Program-made: the position numbers and the translations under genes
Shown: positions 31,599 to 41,146 of the stretch, one piece after another
Layout of the letters: every line of letters starts with the position of its first letter
Position numbering within the stretch: the first letter of the stretch is position 1
Assembly (NCBI GenBank): GCA_963827655.1
Contig: CAWHCF010000031.1
Location: 128,001-192,000, forward strand
From: an uncultured Acidobacteriota bacterium
GTDB lineage: Bacteria; Acidobacteriota; UBA6911
Length of the DNA: 64,000 nucleotides
Reading direction: 5' to 3'
Notes under the pieces: model-generated
The model's input: only the letters and a program-made list of their open reading frames with translations
Database searches by the model: none
Told to the model about the DNA's origin: nothing

Positions 31599-33494
31599 GT
31601 GAGCGAGTTTCAAGAGTCCTTTGATGTGGTAGTGGTCGGGGGGGGCCATGCCGGCTGTGAAGCCGCCATGGCAGCGGCCCGGATAGGGGCGAAGACCGCC
31701 CTATTCACGCTCAACCTCGACCTCATCGCCCAGATGTCGTGCAACCCCGCGATTGGAGGGATTGCCAAGGGGCACCTCGTGCGCGAGATCGATGCGCTGG
31801 GCGGCATCATGGCGGAGGTGGCGGACCGGACTGGAATCCAGTTTCGACTCCTCAACAGCAGTCGCGGACCCGCCGTCCAATCCCCGCGGTGCCAGTCTGA
31901 TAAGTCTAAATATCGCAATGAGATGCGGAAGTTTCTGGAATGCCAGCCCAACCTCTCCCTGATACAGTCTGAAGTCGTCAGTCTGAACCTGGAGCGAGGC
32001 CGGGTAAACGGTCTCGAAGTCCTCGATGGACGCCGGATAAGGTCGGGGGCGGTTGTGATCACAACCGGTACGTTCCTGAACGGGTTGATTCACGTAGGCG
32101 GGCGTCGCTACGCCGCCGGTCGAACCGGCGAGTCGCCGTCGATCATGCTGGCTCAGTACTTAAAGGAGATCGGCTTCTCTGTAGGACGATTGAAGACGGG
32201 AACGCCGCCTCGGCTGGATGGCCGGACCATTGACTATTCTCAGTTTGAGGAACAGGCGGGTGATCCCAACCCCACATTCTTTTCCTTTCGGTCCAAGCGC
32301 TTGACCTTGCCTCAAGTGTCATGCCACATCGGTTACACGAACCATAGGCTCCATAAGTTATTGCAAGATAACATGAAACAGTCTCCGCTCTACTCCGGAG
32401 AGATTGTCGGCATCGGACCGCGCTACTGCCCCAGTATCGAAGATAAAGTAGTAAAGTTTGCCGACAAGGAGCGCCACCAGGTCTTTCTGGAGCCCGAGGG
32501 CCTGGACACGCACGAAGTTTATCTCAACGGTCTCTCAACCAGCATGCCGGCTGAGGTGCAGCAAGAAATGGTTCACTCGATCCCTGGATTGGACGGCGCC
32601 CGCATGATCCGTCCTGGCTATGCGATCGAGTACGATTTTGTCGCGCCTACAGAGCTGTATGCCAGTCTGGAGACCAAGCGGGTTGAAGGGCTTTTTCACG
32701 CTGGTCAGATCAACGGCACAACGGGGTATGAGGAAGCCGCGGCGCAGGGAATTGTAGCTGGGATCAATGCGGCGCTGAAGGCCCAGGGACGAGAACCGCT
32801 GATCTTCCCGCGCCAGGAGAGCTATATCGGGATACTCGTCGATGATCTGGTTACGCGAGGAGTCGACGAGCCGTACCGCATGTTTACCTCACGTTCGGAG
32901 TTTCGACTTCTCCTGAGGATCGACAACGCCGATCGCAGACTGACTCCGTGCGGGCATCGGCTGGGACTGATTGCCGATGCCGACTACGCTCGATTTCGGA
33001 TCAAGTATGAGGAGGCCGATCGTCTGCGGCAATTTCTGAGAGAACACCGCTGGAACTCTGCGGAAGCGTCGGATTCGCGGCTGAGCCAGCGGGGCGACGT
33101 GGCTGATTTCCGGGGGCTTACGCTGGAACAGCTGCTCCGGCGCCCGGAGATCGAGTTGCAGGATTTCGAGCCGGTTCTGAGGATTCATGATCTTTGGTTT
33201 GCGCCGGAGATCCGGCGGGCTGTCGAGATCGACGTGCGCTATGAGGGATATGTTCAACAGCAAAGCCGGGATGCAGAAAGGCTGACGAAGCTCAGTTCCC
33301 GCCAGATTCCGCTGGATCTCGACTATTCCGGCATCGCCGGGCTGAGTCGCGAGATACGCGAAAAACTGACGAAAGTACGTCCCAAAGATCTTGCGATGGC
33401 CGGACGGATTCCCGGCGTGACACCCGCAGCCGTTTCCATCCTTAGTATTCAACTGGAACTCAGGAATGCGCGTTCGCGCCAACGCGTGTCTTGA
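31599..33494 (+). CDS. mnmG: tRNA uridine-5-carboxymethylaminomethyl modification enzyme MnmG/GidA
   Basis: '[10 protein letters not shown]', 'MSCNPAIGG', 'LKTGTPPR', '[11 protein letters not shown]', '[14 protein letters not shown]'. Confidence 0.98.
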   Translation: MSEFQESFDVVVVGGGHAGCEAAMAAARIGAKTALFTLNLDLIAQMSCNPAIGGIAKGHLVREIDALGGIMAEVADRTGIQFRLLNSSRGPAVQSPRCQSDKSKYRNEMRKFLECQPNLSLIQSEVVSLNLERGRVNGLEVLDGRRIRSGAVVITTGTFLNGLIHVGGRRYAAGRTGESPSIMLAQYLKEIGFSVGRLKTGTPPRLDGRTIDYSQFEEQAGDPNPTFFSFRSKRLTLPQVSCHIGYTNHRLHKLLQDNMKQSPLYSGEIVGIGPRYCPSIEDKVVKFADKERHQVFLEPEGLDTHEVYLNGLSTSMPAEVQQEMVHSIPGLDGARMIRPGYAIEYDFVAPTELYASLETKRVEGLFHAGQINGTTGYEEAAAQGIVAGINAALKAQGREPLIFPRQESYIGILVDDLVTRGVDEPYRMFTSRSEFRLLLRIDNADRRLTPCGHRLGLIADADYARFRIKYEEADRLRQFLREHRWNSAEASDSRLSQRGDVADFRGLTLEQLLRRPEIELQDFEPVLRIHDLWFAPEIRRAVEIDVRYEGYVQQQSRDAERLTKLSSRQIPLDLDYSGIAGLSREIREKLTKVRPKDLAMAGRIPGVTPAAVSILSIQLELRNARSRQRVS

Positions 33495-33646
33495 CCTGGC
33501 CTGATCACGCCTCATAGCGAGCGATGTCAAACGCCGGAAGCGATAGATTGGCGGGCACTTGCGGCTCTAGTCGCGAACTGGGTGCCCGCTTCACGGCTCG
33601 CTCCGCGGAAAGAGGTTGATCAAACGACGGCTTTTGCCGGCGGCAG

Positions 33647-34282
33647 ATGATCCGAACCCGGCTGATGGAACCCTCCCTTGAAGAATTGCTGACCCGGTAT
33701 CATTTATTCCCGCAGGAAGCGCTCGTCGCGCGGTTTTACAAGTATCTCGCACTTCTGCAGAAGTGGAACCGACGAATGAATCTGACGGCCTCGACGGACT
33801 GGGCGGTGCTTCGTCCCTTCTTTGAAGAGGCAATCTGGGCCTCGAGCTTTTATCCCGACGGACCCGTCAGGCACTTGGACGTAGGAAGCGGTGCCGGTTT
33901 CCCTGCCGTCATCATCCGGATTGTCAAGGAGCGCATGCTTCTCGATCTACTGGAGCGCCGATCCAAACGAGCGGTCTTCCTGCAAACGGCAATCCATGAA
34001 CTCGAACTGACGGGCTCGACGGTTCACAATCAGGATCTCGCGGCGTTCTTGCGACTGTGCGCCGGGGGCGAAATGTGGGACATCGTGTCCTCCAAGGGCG
34101 TGCGATGGCGCGAAACTGAGCTTGTTCTTCTGGGCGGGATGGCCCGTCAGCTATGGCTCTTTCATGGAAGAGAGTTTCCGGAGGTCAGCCGGCTTGACGG
34201 GTTCTCGCTGTACCAGCGGCAGGAGTGCCCATGCCGGTCCTCGTGGTATTTGTCTATTCTAGGAAGAGCCGACGGGCAATGA
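33647..34282 (+). CDS. rsmG: 16S rRNA m7G527 methyltransferase RsmG/GidB (divergent)
   Basis: 'LLQKWNRRMNLTA', 'LDVGSGAGFPA', 'ERRSKRAVFL'; synteny between mnmG and parA. Confidence 0.85.
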   Translation: MIRTRLMEPSLEELLTRYHLFPQEALVARFYKYLALLQKWNRRMNLTASTDWAVLRPFFEEAIWASSFYPDGPVRHLDVGSGAGFPAVIIRIVKERMLLDLLERRSKRAVFLQTAIHELELTGSTVHNQDLAAFLRLCAGGEMWDIVSSKGVRWRETELVLLGGMARQLWLFHGREFPEVSRLDGFSLYQRQECPCRSSWYLSILGRADGQ

Positions 34283-34288
34283 GGGGGT

Positions 34289-34304
34289 TGTTTCACGTGA
34301 AACA
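34289..34304. promoter_or_regulatory. parS centromere site (perfect)
   Basis: TGTTTCACGTGAAACA, the canonical 16-bp parS palindrome, upstream of parAB. Confidence 0.95.
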
Positions 34305-34321
34305 GAGCCCGAGTATGAAAT

Positions 34322-34337
34322 GGTTTCACGTGAAACA
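34322..34337. promoter_or_regulatory. parS centromere site (15/16)
   Basis: GGTTTCACGTGAAACA. Confidence 0.9.
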
Positions 34338-34577
34338 ATCGCGAGCTCATCGAATCGCAGAAGCAAAGATTGCTCCGTTACAGAGAGAGAATTGCTCTTA
34401 CGCCATGAATCGCCAGCAAACCTCCTCACGATCCGACCCTTCCAAAGCCAACAAGATGTAGTTCGGCCTATCAAAAGCGTTCAAAGCGAGACTCGGGAGC
34501 TACTTCCAGAGGCAATTAAGGATTTTTGTGGTGCGTTTTACGACTTTCCTGTGCTAATCTCTGGGTTAACGACTCCA

Positions 34578-35354
34578 ATGGCCAAAATAATATCCATCAC
34601 AAACCAGAAAGGGGGTGTGGGTAAGACCACTACTGCCATTAACCTGGCAGCTGCTTTGGCGATAGCGGAAAAGAGAGTTCTTGTGGTGGACACCGACGCT
34701 CAAGCTAACTGCACAAGCGGCCTGGGTTTGCCCAAGGATAATGCGCGTAAGAGTATTTACCACGCGATGATCTTGAACGAGCCTATAACCGACGTTATCG
34801 TTGGCACAGAACTCGAGAATCTCAAGCTTGTTCCTTCGGACCGCAATCTGACCGGTGCCGCGATCGAGATGATTGAGATGCCAGAGCGCGAGTTTATTTT
34901 GAAGAAGCTTCTCTGCTCTATGGATTCGGAATTCGACTATATTCTCATCGATACTCCTCCTTCGTTGAATCTCTTGACTCTCAATGGGTTGGTGGCGGCC
35001 CATTCGGTGCTCATTCCGATCCAATGTGAGTATTTCGCTCTGGAAGGGATTTCAGACTTGATGGACACGCTGGCTCGGATTCGTCGCGGCTTCAATCCCG
35101 ATCTTGCCATTCAAGGGATCTTATTGACCATGTTCGACGAACGCACCAATCTCAGCAACCAGGTGAGGGAAGATCTCAGAAGTTTCTTCGCGGGACAGTT
35201 GCTTGCGACCATCATACCGCGAAATGTTCGGTTGGCCGAAGCCCCTAGCTTTGGTAAACCTATTGTAATCTATGATATCCGGTCTAAAGGGGCCGAGAGT
35301 TATATTGGCTTGGCTGAGGAAATAATGAACCATGAAAAAAAGGGTCTTGGGTAA
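34578..35354 (+). CDS. parA: Chromosome partitioning ATPase ParA/Soj
   Basis: 'NQKGGVGKTTT', 'DTDAQAN', 'IDTPPS', 'QCEYFALEG', 'IPRNVRLAEAPSFG'. Confidence 0.97.
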   Translation: MAKIISITNQKGGVGKTTTAINLAAALAIAEKRVLVVDTDAQANCTSGLGLPKDNARKSIYHAMILNEPITDVIVGTELENLKLVPSDRNLTGAAIEMIEMPEREFILKKLLCSMDSEFDYILIDTPPSLNLLTLNGLVAAHSVLIPIQCEYFALEGISDLMDTLARIRRGFNPDLAIQGILLTMFDERTNLSNQVREDLRSFFAGQLLATIIPRNVRLAEAPSFGKPIVIYDIRSKGAESYIGLAEEIMNHEKKGLG

Positions 35355-36204
35355 GGGCTTGGGGGCACTCCTCCCTGATCTCCAGGGAACCGAACAGGCC
35401 CCTCAGGAGATCGACATTGACCGCATCACTCTCAATCCGGACCAGCCTCGCTTCAAGCTCGACGAGAAGAGCCTCGAAGAGCTCGCGGAGTCCGTGCGGA
35501 AAGTGGGCGTATTGCAGCCCGTACTGGTTCGTCCCGTCGGGGACGGATATCAGTTGATTGCGGGGGAGAGGCGTTTAACAGCGGCCCAACGGGCCGGTTT
35601 GCTGAAGATTCCGGCTGCGGTGCGCGAAGTTCCAGATGATCGTCTGCTCGAGCTCGCCCTGATAGAAAACATTCAGCGCGAACAACTTAACCCGATTGAA
35701 GAGGCCCAGGCCTTCCAGAATCTGTTGGAAAACTTGAAACTGACGCAGGAGGAGCTGGCCGAAAGATTGGCTCGAGAGCGGAGTACCATCGCCAACTGCT
35801 TGAGGCTCCTGAAGCTCCCTCCGGCAGTCAAACTTCTCATAGCCGAAGGAAAGCTGTCTCCCGGACATGCCCGCGCTCTGCTCAGTTCGAGCATAAGCCC
35901 GTCGGAGATCGCCCGAGTGGCACAGACCATGGTTGATCAATCCTGGTCCGTGCGTGACGCGGAGCGCTGGGCGCAGCGGCAGAACAACAAGAGAACGAGA
36001 AAAGCCAGGATGCAGGATCCCAACGTCTCGGCTGCCACCGATCGACTGAGGGTTTTCCTCGGAACCAAGGTCGAGATTCTTAGCAGGGCAACTCCGTCCG
36101 GCTCGGGGCAGATCCGGATTCATTTCTTCAGCCCGGAGGATCTCGAACGGATCTACAGCATCCTTACAACCAACAGGGGTTACAAGATGGAGGAGAGGAC
36201 ATGA
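35332..36204 (+). CDS. parB: Chromosome partitioning CTPase ParB/Spo0J
   Basis: 'LGKGLGALL', 'NPDQPR', 'IAGERR', 'ENIQRE.LNPIEEA', HTH. Confidence 0.97.
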   Translation: MKKRVLGKGLGALLPDLQGTEQAPQEIDIDRITLNPDQPRFKLDEKSLEELAESVRKVGVLQPVLVRPVGDGYQLIAGERRLTAAQRAGLLKIPAAVREVPDDRLLELALIENIQREQLNPIEEAQAFQNLLENLKLTQEELAERLARERSTIANCLRLLKLPPAVKLLIAEGKLSPGHARALLSSSISPSEIARVAQTMVDQSWSVRDAERWAQRQNNKRTRKARMQDPNVSAATDRLRVFLGTKVEILSRATPSGSGQIRIHFFSPEDLERIYSILTTNRGYKMEERT

Positions 36205-36644
36205 ATTTCAAGAAGGGAGCCTCGGAGGCGACCGTAAGCCTACTGGGCGAGGGGGTGGAGATTGTAGGAGAGGTCTCCTTTACCCAGGGAGTCAAAATCG
36301 ATGGCGTTATCAAAGGCAACGTCAAGTCGAATGCTTCTCTGGTGGTCGGTTCCAAAGGCAGGGTCGAAGCCGACGTTTCCGCTCGACGAATCTCCATCGG
36401 CGGAGAGTTCCGAGGTACCGTTCACGCGTCCGAGCGTGTGGAAATTCTCAGGGACGGGAAGGTTTTTGGAGACCTGTACACACCCTGTCTTATCATCGAG
36501 GCGGGTGCAGTCTTTGAAGGGAAATGCAACATGAGCAAGGCGCCCAAAGCGGAGGAAGGGTCTGTGCTGAAGGTCGTAGAACCAAACGCTGAAGGCGTGA
36601 AGGCTGCCGGCAACGAGAAGCAATGGGCGACAAGAAGCGACTGA
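36201..36644 (+). CDS. Bactofilin (polymer-forming cytoskeletal protein)
   Basis: Beta-helix repeats 'LGEGVEIVGEV...IDGVIKGNV...VGSKGRVEADV...IEAGAVFEGKCNM'; ATGA overlap with parB. Confidence 0.92.
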   Translation: MNFKKGASEATVSLLGEGVEIVGEVSFTQGVKIDGVIKGNVKSNASLVVGSKGRVEADVSARRISIGGEFRGTVHASERVEILRDGKVFGDLYTPCLIIEAGAVFEGKCNMSKAPKAEEGSVLKVVEPNAEGVKAAGNEKQWATRSD

Positions 36645-37000
36645 CCGGACGGGTATCCGGCGCCTTAGCCAGCCTGTTTGAATTCAGCCTTTGAGTCGGG
36701 ACTTGTTGCCATACTCGCCGATGATGCGGATAGCTACTAAATGCATGAGATAGCACGTCTCTGAGTCGATGGCAGCCGTGCCTCGGTCCTGGGAGTGAAA
36801 AAACCCTTTGGTCGTTCCGCCAGCGTGTACCCTAACGGCCGGTGCCGAAAGTAGAGGCCGTCGAGAGAGCCGTTTACCGCAATCCAACCTCTGCTTGGAC
36901 TCGCTGACTTGGGTGGAATCTTAACCTCGTCCGAATTGCACCTGAGGGATGTGAGAAGGGAGACTTTCAGGAGCGACTCAGCATCGAAGAATGACCAGGA

Positions 37001-37285
37001 TCATTCCAAGTCTACGGCTATCTTCAGTGATTTAAGGAATTTAGCGTCTTCCGACGTAATTCGCAGTCGAACTGGATCATCCGCCTTGAGCGGCGCCGAG
37101 ATCCTTTCGTTGTCACCTTTGCCTTTTCGATTGAATCCAATTGTGGCTTCGATGATGAGGAAGACTTCGTAACCGGCATCACGGATGCTCTGAATACAGT
37201 CGTTGATTTTAGGAGAGTCACTGAGCGTCTCGTTTATCGATTCACCCAGGGTTTTCATCAATCGCTTGATTTCGGCATCCGCCAT
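37001..37285 (-). CDS. Conserved hypothetical protein (94 aa)
   Basis: AGGAG RBS; 'LGESINETLS...GYEVFLIIEATIGFNR...DAKFLKSLKI', a pattern I recall from Acidobacteria. Confidence 0.8.
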   Translation of the reverse strand: MADAEIKRLMKTLGESINETLSDSPKINDCIQSIRDAGYEVFLIIEATIGFNRKGKGDNERISAPLKADDPVRLRITSEDAKFLKSLKIAVDLE

Positions 37286-37371
37286 CCGGGTACTCCTAAT
37301 AACGGCTTCCTGGCACCCACACCCTGAAGGAAGGGAGATTGTGGCTTTTACAGCAAACTAAGATATAGTGC

Positions 37372-37400
37372 ATCTTAGGAGACTTCAGAAAAGCTGTCAA
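37372..37400 (-). promoter_or_regulatory. Sigma70-type promoter of the 94-aa gene
   Basis: TTGACA-N17-TAAGAT on the minus strand. Confidence 0.7.
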
Positions 37401-37495
37401 GTTGAACTTCGCCCTCAAGCCCGCGTCCTCAGCCTGTGTTGGGCCAACCTTCGACTTTCTCCGGCCTTTGGGGCTGAGAAAAGGCTGAACCTGAT

Positions 37496-39043
37496 ATGGA
37501 ACAGAAACTCATTTACGACCCTCCGGCACACCCCGCTGTCCAGGCTTCTGAAAGGCCGGGTGAATATCCCTTCACCCGGGGAATCTATCGCAACATGTAT
37601 CGCGGGCGGCTCTGGACCATGCGGCAGTATTCGGGCTTCGGGTCTGCCGAAGAATCGAACCGGCGCTACCACTACCTGTTGAAGCACGGGCAGACGGGTT
37701 TGAGCGTCGCCTTCGACCTCCCGACCCAGATGGGTCTGGATGCCGATCACGAATTGGCGGCCGGCGAGGTCGGGAAAGTCGGTGTTTCCATCAGCTCGCT
37801 GCGCGACATGGAAACCCTCCTCAATGATATCCCTTTAGACCAGGTCTCCATCTCGATGACCATCAACAGCACTGCGGCCATTCTGCTGACGATGGTACTC
37901 TCGGTCGCCCGCAGCCGCGGGGTTCCCTGGACCGCCCTCCGAGGGACGATCCAGAACGACCTCTTGAAGGAATACATCGCTCGCGGGACCTATATCTATC
38001 CTCCGGTTCCATCGCTGCGGATCGCTACCAACGTCTTTGCCTTCTGCCAGGAGCAGGTTCCCCGCTGGAATCCGATTTCGATCAGCGGCTACCACATTCG
38101 CGAGGCCGGCTCCACGGCGGTCCAGGAAGTGGCTTTTACACTGTCGAATGCCATTGCCTACGTCGAGAGCGCTCTCGAAGCCGGACTAGAGCTGGATGAT
38201 TTTGCTGCCCAACTCTCCTTTTTCTTCAATGCCCACAGCAACTTCTTGGAAGAGATCGCCAAGTTCCGCGCCGCACGCCGTCTGTGGGCGCGGATCATGA
38301 AAGAACGGTTCAAGGCGACCGACCTCCGCTCGTGCGTGCTTCGTTTTCATGCCCAGACAGCAGGGAGCTCTCTGACAGCCCAGCAGCCGGAGAACAATAT
38401 TGTTCGGGTCGCTTTACAGGCACTGTCCGCCGTCCTTGGGGGAACCCAGTCGCTTCATACCAACTCGCTCGACGAAGCTCTTGCCCTGCCTGGCGAAAAC
38501 GCCGCCCGGACTGCCCTGCGGACACAGCAGATTCTCGCTTACGAAAGCGGAGTTGCGAATACAGTCGACCCGTTGGGGGGCTGCTACGCGATAGAGACCA
38601 TGACGGATCAAATCGAAGCCGAGGCCCACGAGTACATCCAGAGGATCGATGCTCTGGGAGGAGCCGTCCGCGCTATTGAGATTGGCTACATACAACGCGA
38701 GATTCAGGAGTCAGCTTATCGATTCCAAAAGAGTGTTGAGACTGGAGAATCGGTTATCGTCGGCGTGAACAGGTTTGCCGCCAGCGAATCGGCCCCTGTG
38801 GATTTATTGACCGTGGATGAAGCCGTGGCAGAAAACCAGCGCCGGTATTTGCAAGAGCTACGCCAGACTCGCGACAATCATGCCGCCGGCAAGGCTCTGG
38901 ATCGACTCAAACAGGCCGCAACCGGCAGGGAGAACCTGATGCCATTCATCCTCGATGCGGTAGAGTCGCGCGCTACCATCGGCGAAATCTCTGACGCCCT
39001 CAGGACCGTGTTCGGAGAATACCGCGAAACTGCCGTTCTTTGA
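37496..39043 (+). CDS. Methylmalonyl-CoA mutase, substrate-binding large subunit (no B12-binding domain)
   Basis: 'PGEYPFTRG', '[10 protein letters not shown]' (Tyr specificity residue), '[12 protein letters not shown]', '[11 protein letters not shown]', 'GGTQSLHTN'. Confidence 0.93.
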   Translation: MEQKLIYDPPAHPAVQASERPGEYPFTRGIYRNMYRGRLWTMRQYSGFGSAEESNRRYHYLLKHGQTGLSVAFDLPTQMGLDADHELAAGEVGKVGVSISSLRDMETLLNDIPLDQVSISMTINSTAAILLTMVLSVARSRGVPWTALRGTIQNDLLKEYIARGTYIYPPVPSLRIATNVFAFCQEQVPRWNPISISGYHIREAGSTAVQEVAFTLSNAIAYVESALEAGLELDDFAAQLSFFFNAHSNFLEEIAKFRAARRLWARIMKERFKATDLRSCVLRFHAQTAGSSLTAQQPENNIVRVALQALSAVLGGTQSLHTNSLDEALALPGENAARTALRTQQILAYESGVANTVDPLGGCYAIETMTDQIEAEAHEYIQRIDALGGAVRAIEIGYIQREIQESAYRFQKSVETGESVIVGVNRFAASESAPVDLLTVDEAVAENQRRYLQELRQTRDNHAAGKALDRLKQAATGRENLMPFILDAVESRATIGEISDALRTVFGEYRETAVL

Positions 39044-39059
39044 CACATCTGGAGTTCAC

Positions 39060-39075
39060 GTCTTCACGTGAAACG
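39060..39075. promoter_or_regulatory. Degenerate parS-like site
   Basis: GTCTTCACGTGAAACG: intact TTCACGTGAA core and right half-site. Confidence 0.5.
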
Positions 39076-39822
39076 GCTCCCACCTGGCCACCTATCTTTA
39101 CTATTTAGATAGTGAATCATGCTCAAAGCCTTCATTTTCCTCTCGGATGACACTGGTAACACTATCATGATAGTACTATAATAGTGGTTTTAAGATTTCT
39201 CCGTCAGCATGGGATGCATCATTGATGAACCCGCGTGAGACTATGGACCATCCTCTTCCAAACGCTTACCGGGTGTTCCCTGTTATGGTACGCAAGGAGA
39301 CAAGCGAAGCGCCTTCCGCAGTCCAGGCGAGCGAATCCATCCTGTAGTGCCGCACCTGTCTCAGATGGCCTTGAACCTGACCAGGCGCTCGGTGCTTGCC
39401 CGGCTAAGTTTTGAGCACCCTGCCTTCCGTTGACGTGGGCGACCGTCAGGAATTCGGTTAACCCAGTGATGAAATCGCGTACGAAAGGGGCCGCATCTCT
39501 AAAGACTCAACGGGCCGGGGCGAACAAAACATCGCCAGACAGAGTCGGTAGCAAACTGTACTTTCCACCGCTTGCGCGTTCTTATTCGGCAGCCAGGCTG
39601 CCGCATCCGCACGATTATTGAATTGCCGTCGGCCAACCGATCATCATTCTCGAAACGGATGGTCGCGGGAGAGTAGGAACGGCTGTCAGCGCAAACCAGC
39701 CCTGTGCATCAGACGCAAGCCGATAAGAGAAACTCCTCTATCGCGCTCGCCGCAAATGGGGGCTTTGCGGGTGACATTCACGAACGTCGCAGACTCATCT
39801 TGCGGACCTGCTTGCTGCAGAC

Positions 39823-40980
39823 TTATTTGGTAAGGCAGGCCTCCGACACCAGTTTTTGAAAGCTGTTGACCGGGTTGTTGCCGCCCGGGCTCTGCGTGAA
39901 AACAAGCCCGAACAGATCGAGTGAGGGATCGACCCAGGCCATGGTGCCGTCCGACCCGCCGTGCGAAAAAACGGCATCTTTTCCGACCAGCCATCCCAGT
40001 CCGTAGTGAGCGGACTCGGAGCTTTTGGCGAGAGGCGAGGTAGCTTTTCGGACGGATTCGCGGGTGAGTATCTCGGCCTTGCCATACCGGCCGCCATTCA
40101 GATACATCTGGAGAAACTTCGCATAATCCATGGCGGTCGAGATCATTCCTCCGGATGCGCGAACGATGGGAAAATCAGGAGGATCATCCGGAGTGAAACC
40201 CTGCCGGAACTCGACCTTGCCGTCAGGGCCGCGGCTCCCGCGATAGACCGTCGCCATCCGGTGGAGTTTGGCCGGGTCCTCATGATTGCTCGTGTCGACC
40301 ATGCCGAGCGGCTCATAGATTCGCCTGGTAAGAAACTCTTCCAAGGACATCGCCGAAACATGCTCGATAACCGCGCCTACCGTATTGAATCCCGCATTGC
40401 TATAGCTGTAGGAATTCCCGGGCTCAACTTCAGGCCCCTCTCTGCCGAATTTGTCAACAGCGGAACGGAGTGTCGGATGCGGATCCGTCTTTTCATCGAA
40501 CGGCAGAAAAATTGGCCGAATGCGAAAGCCGGAAGTGTGACTCAATAATTGCTGCACGGTAATCCTGCGCGACTTTGCGTTGTTGAAAGATTCGAAATAC
40601 CGCGAAACCCTGTCGTCAAGGGCCAATTTTCCTTCCTGAACCAGGATCAGGGTCGCGCTTGCTATGACCGGCTTCGTGTTCGAGGCCATCCGAAAGAGCG
40701 TATCCTTCTCCATAGGTAATTGATAACCCCGATGTCTCCAGCCGATCGCCTCGTGCAGAACGATCTTTCCGTGGCGGGCCACCATCAAGACCACGCCGCG
40801 CAAGTCATCCCGCTCGACCGCATCGCGGTAGAGCCGGATCGCCTGATCCAGCCGGTTGCCATCCATGTCTGCCGAGCTAGGAGATCCATATTCCAGTACT
40901 CTCGCGCCCTGCCCCCAAAGCGGGAAAGCGTTAACGAGAAGCAGAACGAAAATCGCTTCAACCCTGACGAACCTTTTCAC
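39823..40980 (-). CDS. Exported serine hydrolase, beta-lactamase/AmpC-like family
   Basis: Signal peptide; 'FRMASNTK' (SxxK), 'LLSHTSG', 'YSYSN', 'HGG'. Confidence 0.9.
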   Translation of the reverse strand: MKRFVRVEAIFVLLLVNAFPLWGQGARVLEYGSPSSADMDGNRLDQAIRLYRDAVERDDLRGVVLMVARHGKIVLHEAIGWRHRGYQLPMEKDTLFRMASNTKPVIASATLILVQEGKLALDDRVSRYFESFNNAKSRRITVQQLLSHTSGFRIRPIFLPFDEKTDPHPTLRSAVDKFGREGPEVEPGNSYSYSNAGFNTVGAVIEHVSAMSLEEFLTRRIYEPLGMVDTSNHEDPAKLHRMATVYRGSRGPDGKVEFRQGFTPDDPPDFPIVRASGGMISTAMDYAKFLQMYLNGGRYGKAEILTRESVRKATSPLAKSSESAHYGLGWLVGKDAVFSHGGSDGTMAWVDPSLDLFGLVFTQSPGGNNPVNSFQKLVSEACLTK

Positions 40981-41146
40981 TTTCGATCCTCATCTCCCCG
41001 AGTAAACGTTGAAAACGTTGGTCAGCTCTCACCGGCAACGCGGAACCGGTGATTTCCATGGTCAAGCCGCGACCTTTGTGGTTTGGCATCTTTGCGCGGC
41101 GGGTTCTTCATGCGCTCGCCGCCAGGGAGCGCATGAGGCGCAAACC

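Noticed and set aside
39226-39348. 40-aa ORF MNPRETMDHP... downstream of the TATAAT
   Set aside because: No RBS and no recognisable features; not supportable without conservation data.
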